Below, one piece after another: positions 57,832-64,000 of a stretch of 64,000 nt of DNA; the stretch's first letter is position 1; every line of letters starts with the position of its first letter. The stretch lies in NCBI GenBank assembly GCA_016432465.1, contig CP066690.1:786724-850723 (forward strand). Reading direction: 5' to 3'. The notes beneath the pieces are model-generated. The model was not told the origin of the DNA. It made no database searches and was given only the letters and a program-made list of their open reading frames with translations. The DNA comes from Candidatus Sungiibacteriota bacterium (GTDB taxonomy: Bacteria > Patescibacteriota > Minisyncoccia > Sungbacterales > HO2-52-23). Made by a program: the position numbers and the translations under genes.

Positions 57832-58981
57832 AAATTTTAATCATGTTCTCAATCATATCACGGAGCCGAAACCTTGTCTCGGATTTTTTTCTGGCATTTT
57901 CGCCAAGGGTTTTGCGTAGTCGGACATCTCTCAAGAGAAGGTCTAGGGTCTGGGTAAGCCTTAGGGGGTCTTGGGGCGGTATCAGGAGACCGTCGTGCTG
58001 GTGCGTAATCATATCCGGTATGCCGCCTACGGAAGTTGCGACAATCGGCAGACCCGCTTGCATAGCTTCCATTATGGTGTAGGGTAGTCCCTCTTTGAGC
58101 GAAGGCAAAATAAAAATATCAAAGCCCTTAAGATAGTGCGCCGCTTCAGGAAGAAAATCAACAAGAAATACTGAACCATGCAGTCCAAATTCCTGAATAA
58201 GGTTTTGAAGTTTGGAACGTTCTTCCCCCCAGCCAATGAGCAATGTCAAACATCGAATGTTTGACATTGCGTAGTTGGGGTTGTGCAGGGCCTGTAGGAG
58301 ACCGGTTAGTCCTTTATTAGGAGTAAACTCGGCTATAGTTCCTATGATAATAGTGTCAGTTTCAAGTTTTTTGGATAATTTTTCCGCAAAAAAATTACGG
58401 GCAGCGGCGCGTTCCATAAAATTAACCGGCCCGATTCCGTTATAGATTAAGGCGAGTTTTCTGCTGGGTATAAATTGTTTTGCCGCGTTAAGGTCGGCGG
58501 TATTTATTAGAATTATTTTGTCCTGAAATAGCGCCCCCAACCAACTTAAAAATCTGATAAATTTTTTCTGCCACCACGGGCGTTTCTCGTTAAAGGGCCA
58601 GCCGTGGACGGTGAAAATAGTTGTAAGTTGTAAGTTGTAAGTTGTAAGTTTGGCGGCGAAAGCCGCAATAGCGCCGAGGCCGCCGACTTTGCTGCTGTTT
58701 AAATGTATAATATCCGGTTTCTCGCGCACAAAAATTTTAAAGAGGTACCAAAGAGACACCAACTCTTTCCATAAATTTATGTCGCGCTGGAGTCCGGGAA
58801 TAGTAATGGTGCGGACTCCCGCTTTTTGTAATTTATCAAAAAGCGGACCGGAACCACCGGTTGCTACCACCACCTCGAATTGACCCCCGGGGAGATTTGT
58901 CGCCAAGTCAAAAATGTACCGCTGGGCTCCTCCCCAAACGGATTTGGTGATTACATATAATACTTTTTGGTGGTAGGCCAT
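57824..58981 (-). CDS. GT4-family glycosyltransferase; contains heptanucleotide tandem repeat (candidate phase-variable)
   Basis: EGLPYTIMEAMQAGLPIVATSVGGIPDMI (GT4 EX7E region). The repeat tract at 58619-58651 encodes KLTTYNLQLTT. Confidence 0.75.
   Translation of the reverse strand: MAYHQKVLYVITKSVWGGAQRYIFDLATNLPGGQFEVVVATGGSGPLFDKLQKAGVRTITIPGLQRDINLWKELVSLWYLFKIFVREKPDIIHLNSSKVGGLGAIAAFAAKLTTYNLQLTTIFTVHGWPFNEKRPWWQKKFIRFLSWLGALFQDKIILINTADLNAAKQFIPSRKLALIYNGIGPVNFMERAAARNFFAEKLSKKLETDTIIIGTIAEFTPNKGLTGLLQALHNPNYAMSNIRCLTLLIGWGEERSKLQNLIQEFGLHGSVFLVDFLPEAAHYLKGFDIFILPSLKEGLPYTIMEAMQAGLPIVATSVGGIPDMITHQHDGLLIPPQDPLRLTQTLDLLLRDVRLRKTLGENARKKSETRFRLRDMIENMIKIYA
58619..58651. repeat. Tandem heptamer (AGTTGTA/GTTGTAA) x ~4.6 inside GT4 coding sequence
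   Basis: AGTTGTAAGTTGTAAGTTGTAAGTTGTAAGTT; the unit length is not a multiple of 3. Confidence 0.9.
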
Positions 58982-59057
58982 ACAGGTAATATAACGTAAT
59001 TTGACTTTATTTGGTCAACATGATAAATTGTCGTAAGAGCATTGCGGAGGCTAAAAC

Positions 59058-59519
59058 ATGAGGATTTTCTTTATCTGCAAGGTGAGGGGAGTAACTGAAG
59101 ATAGTGAAGAGTATCAAAGGCAAAAGGCATATGTTGAGGAATGGGAACGCCAAGGGCATGAAGTGCATTGGCCGCATCGAAACACAGAGCAGAAGGATCC
59201 TAAACACGGCACTGGAATATGCCGCACGACCTTTTGGGCTATTTTTTGGTCAGATGAGGTGCGCGTGTTATTTGATCCTACAAGTGAAGGTTTTATTGCG
59301 GATATGATGATGACTTTTGCTCTGAAAGAGCTGGGTAACAATAACCTCTTTAAACGGTTTGTTGGGAGGAGAAAAGTTGTTGTCATGAATCCAGAGGCGC
59401 TGGAGAGAAAAATCGCAGAAGAAATAGAACAACAGATTATAAAAGGAGCAGATCCGCTTTTTGTAAAAAGTTATGCTATGGTTCTTCAGGATTTTGCCCG
59501 TGAGACGGCGAGTTTCTAG
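59058..59519 (+). CDS. Hypothetical protein (153 aa)
   Basis: Clean ORF followed by terminator hairpin GTCCAACATTTAACGTTGGAC plus T-run at ~59533-59560. Confidence 0.35.
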   Translation: MRIFFICKVRGVTEDSEEYQRQKAYVEEWERQGHEVHWPHRNTEQKDPKHGTGICRTTFWAIFWSDEVRVLFDPTSEGFIADMMMTFALKELGNNNLFKRFVGRRKVVVMNPEALERKIAEEIEQQIIKGADPLFVKSYAMVLQDFARETASF

Positions 59520-59597
59520 TTATGTCCAACGCGGTCCAACATTTAACGTTGGACATTTTTTATAATCCGGCAGACTAATTATTGTGGATAAATCCCC

Positions 59598-59727
59598 TTG
59601 ACTTTTTAAATAGGAGGATTATAATATAGGTGTGAGTGTCTTTTAGGAGGTGTTCCGCTTACAGCGGAGTATTCCTAAAACTCCAATTTGTCCGCGTAAA
59701 ACCCCCTTTCGGGGGTTTTACGTTTTG
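59598..59727 (+). ncRNA. Candidate small RNA: promoter TTGACT-16-TATAAT, ~95-nt transcribed region ending in intrinsic terminator GTAAAACCCCCTTTCGGGGGTTTTAC+T-run
   Basis: Promoter-to-terminator unit with no convincing ORF, 400 bp upstream of murB. Confidence 0.3.
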
Positions 59728-60123
59728 GATGGGTCTCATCCACACCAAGCAGATAAAATATGAAGCTCCACGGGCAAGCCTGTGGTATCCACGGTTTCAT
59801 GGTTAAGCCTGTGGTCTTCTGGTGCGTGGATAAAAGTCTAGGGGGGTCACAGAGGGTTTAACTCCAATACACTTGTCCTTCGTCCCCCACCCAACTTTGA
59901 CCGGAGATTTACTTACAAGGCGCCAGAAGGGTTTAACTCCAAAACTTTGTCCTTATGTGAGTGCCGGCTTCTGACGCCGTGAAAATAAAATGTCAAAGTT
60001 GGGTGGGGAATAAATGAGTGCCTGCTCCATAGCCCATCAAGAAAAAGGTGGGAGGATGAATGAGTGTCTCTAGTAAACCTTCTTGCTTAAACCCCTCATT
60101 ATTATATAACATAGATCTGTAGC

Positions 60124-61161
60124 ATGCCAGTAACTATAAAAGAAAATATCTCCCTCGCGCCCCACACTATATATAAAATAGGGGGGCCTGCGCGATATTT
60201 TGTGGAGACGAAAAATTCAGATGAGCTTAAACAGGCGCTTGATTTTGTAGCAACAAAAAAAGTTCCTATTTTTGTTTTGGGAGCAGGCTCAAATATATTA
60301 GTGAGCGATAAGGGGTTTGATGGTTTGGTAATTCGTATGGCCGGCGGGGAAGTTAAGGTTGAGGGCGAGAGATTGACTGCGGATGCCGGAGTTATGATGG
60401 CGCAAGCGGTATTGAAATCAGCGCAGGCTGCTTTAAGCGGTTTTGAATGGGCCATCGGAGTTCCCGGAACTATTGGCGGATCGGTGCGGGGCAATGCCGG
60501 GTGTTTCGGCGCAGAGATGAAAGATGTCGTTGAATCGGTGAAAATTCTTGACTTGGGGAAGTCGGACTTCCCAAGGAAGTCCGACTTCCTGATATTGAAA
60601 AATACACAGTGTGAGTTCTCGTATCGCGATTCAATTTTCAAAAAACATCCGGAGTGGATTATTCTTTCCGCGACCCTAAAACTTCAAAAAGGAGATCCTG
60701 CTAAAATTCAGGAGAAAATAAAACGCATTACTGCCGAGCGCGCACAAAAACAGGACATTGGCACCAAATCCTGCGGGTGTATTTTTAAAAATATTTCTTG
60801 GGCCCCGTTAGAGGTAAGCCGCCCCTTGGCGGCTGCCGCCGTGCCGTCCGGGCAGGGCGGACCTCTAACGGGGTGGGCAAGAAAAGATATAAATAAGGAA
60901 AAGATTCTTTCACAATTTCCCGAGCTTGAACAATTTAAGGATCAACCCAATGTCCCGGCCTCGTTTCTTATTGATAGGGCAGGACTTAAAGGAAAAAGTG
61001 TTGGACATGTTTTTATCTCCCCAAAACACGCCAATTATTTTGTAAATGAGGGCGGTGCAACGGCTGAAGGGGTTGTCACGCTTATTGGGATTGCCAAAGA
61101 CACCGTGCGACATAAGTATGAATTGTCGCTTGAGGAAGAAATACAGTATGTGGGATTTTAA
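60124..61161 (+). CDS. murB: UDP-N-acetylenolpyruvoylglucosamine reductase, with two in-frame palindromic insertions
   Basis: N-terminal FAD-binding domain (IYKIGGPARYFVE...VPIFVLGAGSNILV), and a C-terminal domain ending EEEIQYVGF. About 45 extra residues relative to typical MurB, located at the palindromes. Confidence 0.8.
   Translation: MPVTIKENISLAPHTIYKIGGPARYFVETKNSDELKQALDFVATKKVPIFVLGAGSNILVSDKGFDGLVIRMAGGEVKVEGERLTADAGVMMAQAVLKSAQAALSGFEWAIGVPGTIGGSVRGNAGCFGAEMKDVVESVKILDLGKSDFPRKSDFLILKNTQCEFSYRDSIFKKHPEWIILSATLKLQKGDPAKIQEKIKRITAERAQKQDIGTKSCGCIFKNISWAPLEVSRPLAAAAVPSGQGGPLTGWARKDINKEKILSQFPELEQFKDQPNVPASFLIDRAGLKGKSVGHVFISPKHANYFVNEGGATAEGVVTLIGIAKDTVRHKYELSLEEEIQYVGF
60555..60589. 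repeat. GGGAAGTCGGACTTCCC palindrome (1.9 copies) in-frame inside murB (encodes GKSDFPRKSDF)
   Basis: Same palindrome family as 7992, 13231 and 18219, which are otherwise intergenic. Confidence 0.8.
60804..60873. repeat. GC-rich palindromic insertion inside murB (CCCCGTTAGAGGT ... ACCTCTAACGGGG arms)
   Basis: 13-bp inverted arms around a GC-rich core, translated in-frame as an Ala/Gly/Pro-rich loop. Confidence 0.6.
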
Positions 61162-61223
61162 GGGCTTGGCCTAAATTTTCAATCCCGACTGGTCGGGAGA
61201 AGAAAATTTAGCTGCCAAACCTT

Positions 61224-61375
61224 AACCCCGCACTAATTTTGCCGCGTAAATCTGGGCAGTGCACCATTGAAACCTGAAATGGAATACATTTGCAGCCCGC
61301 GCGTGCCGAATAGGCACACACCGTTATGGGTGAGGCGGGCTGCCCCGTTTCATGTTGCAAAATTAGTGCGGGGTT
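61224..61375. repeat. 19-bp inverted repeat pair (AACCCCGCACTAATTTTGC ... GCAAAATTAGTGCGGGGTT) enclosing ~115 bp
   Basis: Perfect inverted repeats immediately after the murB stop, at the edge of the high-GC insert. Confidence 0.7.
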
Positions 61376-61581
61376 GATGACTATTGCAAGATTTAAATGG
61401 ATATGGTATTATGAAATTATAAAAAAGCTAAGCTCTTTTGATTAAGTTTGCGAGTTCGCCATAGCGTTTGGCGTGTTTGGAAAGCACTTCAAACGCTGTG
61501 GCGAATGGGAGGGTTAAATCGGTGCTCGCATGGTGCGACTGCCGACAAAACCGCGCTACGGCTCGTGCAAGGAGGCCCATC

Positions 61582-62190
61582 ATGGGCGACCATACCAATC
61601 TCATCATTACTGCAGTGAACACGCTGACTGCGAACGCGGACCTGGGGTCATTAGATCCCGAACGGTTCCAGGTCCAGGACCGGATCATTCGCGATGGGCA
61701 GCGCGCCGGTCGCGAGTTCCGGAAGTTTCTCGAGCTCGGCGCCGAAATCCAAATTGTGGTGCCTGAGCTCCATGTCATCGACTGTCGTATCGCCTCGATG
61801 CCACGAGAGTGGCGAGAGACTGGGTGGAAAGTCGAGTGGCACCGCAACCTCGGGCATCAGGTCTTCACGCCTGATGCCATCCGTCTGCACCTCGCCGAGG
61901 AGCAGAAGGATGGCAGGATCGTGCGCGGCGACAAGCTGCGCAAGATCATCGAGACCGAGCCGGTCCTCACGGACAACTGGCTTGACTTTCTCCTCGAGCA
62001 TCCGGAGTTCATACCGGAGTCGTGGAAGGGGAAGGCCATCTTCTTCTGGGGGACTGGCTACCGCCACCCCGACGGCGGCCTCTACGTCCGTTTCCTCTCT
62101 TTTAGTGTTGGGCTGTGGTACTGGCGCTGCTACTGGCTCGGCATCGACTGGTCTCAGTCGTACCCGGCTGCGGTGCTCGCAAGCTCCTGA
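61582..62190 (+). CDS. Hypothetical protein within high-GC insert (start at MGDHTNL assumed)
   Basis: Longest ORF in a ~0.9-kb GC-rich segment that also yields overlapping ORFs in all frames. Coding status uncertain. Confidence 0.3.
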   Translation: MGDHTNLIITAVNTLTANADLGSLDPERFQVQDRIIRDGQRAGREFRKFLELGAEIQIVVPELHVIDCRIASMPREWRETGWKVEWHRNLGHQVFTPDAIRLHLAEEQKDGRIVRGDKLRKIIETEPVLTDNWLDFLLEHPEFIPESWKGKAIFFWGTGYRHPDGGLYVRFLSFSVGLWYWRCYWLGIDWSQSYPAAVLASS

Positions 62191-62351
62191 TCGCTTGGTC
62201 GCTGGGTCACTTGTGCGCAAGGCACTTTGACCCTCTGACCCTTACCTGCCATCAGGCAGGCAAAGAGTCGGTTCACCCCTGGTGGACCGACTCTTAAATT
62301 AACTATGATTGAAGTCGAACTTCAATCATTAAAACTTCAATCATTAACTGC

Positions 62352-62449
62352 CACGGCGGAGGAAGTGGCGACTCTTGTTGAAACTGCAAAAGATACTGTG
62401 CGGAGAAAGTACGGCTTGCTACTTGAGGAGGAGATACAGTATGTTGGGT
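62352..62449 (+). pseudogene. Orphan divergent duplicate of the murB 3' end (encodes ...EEVATLVETAKDTVRRKYGLLLEEEIQYVGFV*)
   Basis: About 75% nt identity to 61065-61161 (EGVVTLIGIAKDTVRHKYELSLEEEIQYVGF*), with no upstream murB body. Confidence 0.7.
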
Positions 62450-62513
62450 TCGTTTGATACCCCTAAAAAGCTATGCTAAACTGTTTTTGTGGTTCTTTTT
62501 GGGGGCGTAAATA

Positions 62514-63011
62514 ATGCGGAAACTAGGCAAGTTCTTTCGTGCTGGTATTATTTTAGTGGCTATTTGGGTTTTTGGATTCTATGCGGGGTATCAGTACAGC
62601 TGGCGAGAGAGTGCTTGGCTCAAGGCAGGAGATTTTTATATGGCAGATTTTGATTTACACGGTTGGACAATAGCCGAGGTTAATACCGCAGGACGTCTGA
62701 GAGCTATCTTATGGGAAGAGATGCGGAAATTGGAAGAGGGCAAAAAACTGCCATATGCGAAGTGGGAAGTCAAACTCGGAACTCACAAGAAGACAAAGAG
62801 GCCGGCACTTCTTGTTATTAAACATCGTACTCTTTATTGGTCACCTGTCGTTATATATTCAGTAAATATGAAAGATATGGATTTGGTGAATGGCCCGAGG
62901 TTGCGTCCCATAATGGAGTCTGTGAAGAGTAGTAACCCAGAAGTTGTATACAAAGAATTTATAAGATCGGATGTCGTACCGGTAGTTTATCGACGACTTT
63001 ATCAAGATTGA
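62514..63011 (+). CDS. Hypothetical membrane-anchored protein (N-terminal TM)
   Basis: TM helix GIILVAIWVFGFYAGY; 165 aa. Confidence 0.35.
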   Translation: MRKLGKFFRAGIILVAIWVFGFYAGYQYSWRESAWLKAGDFYMADFDLHGWTIAEVNTAGRLRAILWEEMRKLEEGKKLPYAKWEVKLGTHKKTKRPALLVIKHRTLYWSPVVIYSVNMKDMDLVNGPRLRPIMESVKSSNPEVVYKEFIRSDVVPVVYRRLYQD

Positions 63012-63099
63012 GACAGTGGTGCACCGCACCACTTTTATTTATAAAAGAAAGTTATCCACACTTGATTATAAATAAATTTTTGTTGATTATTAAACTATA

Positions 63100-64000
63100 A
63101 TGACTAACGGAAACGGAGCATCAAGCGAAATAAAAACTCCATTAAAATTTTTATTTGTGTCGCTGGAAAGTCTAAGCGGTGATTTGGCTTGGACCCTGAA
63201 AAAAGAAGGACATGAAGTTAAAGCATACATCAAAGCTAAAGGCGACCAAGATGTCTACAACGGATTTATTGATAAAATAGATAGATGGGAAGACCATACG
63301 GATTGGGCAGACATTATTTTATTTGATGACGTATCGTTTGGTGAGACCGCGGAAAAACTGCGTAAAAAGGGTAAGCTGGTGATTGGAGGGTCGGTGTACA
63401 CCGACCGGCTTGAGATTGACCGCGAATTTGGCCAGCAGGAGCTGAAAAAGCACGGCATCAGTATTCTTCATAGCTGGAACTTCAATGGTTACGATGATGC
63501 GATTGCTTTTCTAAAGGCCAACCCGGACCGCTATGTATTTAAACCGAGCGGCAATACACCTTCGGTCGGCAAAGGGCTTTTATTTATTGCTCAAGAAGAA
63601 GACGGAAAAGATCTTCTGGAGCTTCTGGAGAGGAACAAAAATGTGTGGCAGAAAAAAGCGCCGTGGTTTCAGCTGCAGAAGTATGTTTCGGGTGTGGAGA
63701 TTGCAGTGGGCGCCTTTTTCAATGGCCACGAATTTATTTATCCGATTAATGTAAATTTTGAACACAAGCGTGTATTCCCGGGAGACATCGGTCCCTTCAC
63801 CGGTGACATGGGTGCATTGATGTTTTGGGATACGCCCAATGTTCTTTTTAACGCTACACTGGGTAAAATGCTGCCCGCCCTGCAGACTTCGGGCTACATT
63901 GGGTATATTGACATTAATTGTATTGTTAACGGACGCGGTATTTATCCTTTGGAGTGGACTTGTAGATTCGGGTTTCCCACGATTTACGTACAACTTGAAG
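63100..64000 (+). CDS. purD: PurD-family ATP-grasp enzyme (phosphoribosylamine--glycine ligase-like), 3' end beyond window
   Basis: HKRVFPGDIGPFTGDMGA and LEWTCRFGFP match PurD B/C-domain motifs. The ORF is open to the window end, which is why it is absent from the stop-delimited ORF track. Confidence 0.6.
   Translation, partial: MTNGNGASSEIKTPLKFLFVSLESLSGDLAWTLKKEGHEVKAYIKAKGDQDVYNGFIDKIDRWEDHTDWADIILFDDVSFGETAEKLRKKGKLVIGGSVYTDRLEIDREFGQQELKKHGISILHSWNFNGYDDAIAFLKANPDRYVFKPSGNTPSVGKGLLFIAQEEDGKDLLELLERNKNVWQKKAPWFQLQKYVSGVEIAVGAFFNGHEFIYPINVNFEHKRVFPGDIGPFTGDMGALMFWDTPNVLFNATLGKMLPALQTSGYIGYIDINCIVNGRGIYPLEWTCRFGFPTIYVQLE

Noticed and set aside
58619-58651. CRISPR array
   Set aside because: No spaced direct-repeat array exists anywhere in the window. 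The heptamer tract is a tandem microsatellite and the various palindromes are dispersed, not arrayed.
59654-59782. Small ORF starting at GTG after the AGGAGG in the sRNA candidate (about 42 codons)
   Set aside because: It runs through the intrinsic terminator hairpin and has low-complexity content, so the non-coding interpretation is preferred.

Overview
This is a 64-kb stretch of a bacterial chromosome with moderately low GC (roughly 45-48% by eye; bacterial-type dnaG-rpoD, murB and sigma-70-like promoters). Calls rest on motif-level reading of the six-frame translations and the DNA. Coordinates of non-CDS elements may be off by 1-2 bp.

(1) Positions 4.3-20.3 kb hold an NAD biosynthesis/salvage supercluster: nadD, a Nudix-wHTH NrtR-like gene, nadE, pncA, pncB, nadK, a NUDT9-like ADP-ribose pyrophosphatase, an FAD oxidoreductase, nadA and nadC. 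Four promoters in it carry the same perfect 19-bp palindrome, TAGTGT(A/G)-N5-(T/C)ACACTA, which looks like a candidate NrtR regulon. Embedded in it is an operon of radical SAM, Rcl/DNPH1-like-Nudix fusion and histidine phosphatase.

(2) Housekeeping genes: htpX, rdgB, tRNA-Ser, dnaG-rpoD, tRNA-Asn, murB and a partial purD-like gene.

(3) Next to tRNA-Asn lies an AT-rich island (32.3-37.6 kb). It holds a restriction-modification pair in which the beta-class DNA methyltransferase is fused to a complete LexA (wHTH, Ala-Gly site, Ser/Lys dyad), plus a candidate PD-ExK endonuclease. Beside it is a DUF4238-led three-gene operon of unknowns.

(4) Direct repeats flank a 3.4-kb module (40.3-43.8 kb) encoding a pyruvate-kinase-like barrel protein, a VWA protein and a J-domain-Ser/Thr-kinase fusion.

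(5) A cell-envelope glycosylation cluster (44.3-59 kb) carries a 7-bp x4.6 tandem tract inside a GT4 gene, a candidate phase-variation switch.

(6) Several repeat families are present: a terminal-inverted-repeat (TIR) element family (TCCCCCCACCTTCCCAG...CTGGGAAGGTGGGGGGA), GGGAAGTCNGACTTCCC palindromes including in-frame copies inside murB, GC-rich palindrome clusters, a tRNA-Asn-derived sequence with two ~30-nt insertions, and a divergent duplicate of the murB 3' end bracketing a high-GC insert.

No CRISPR array and no rRNA were seen.
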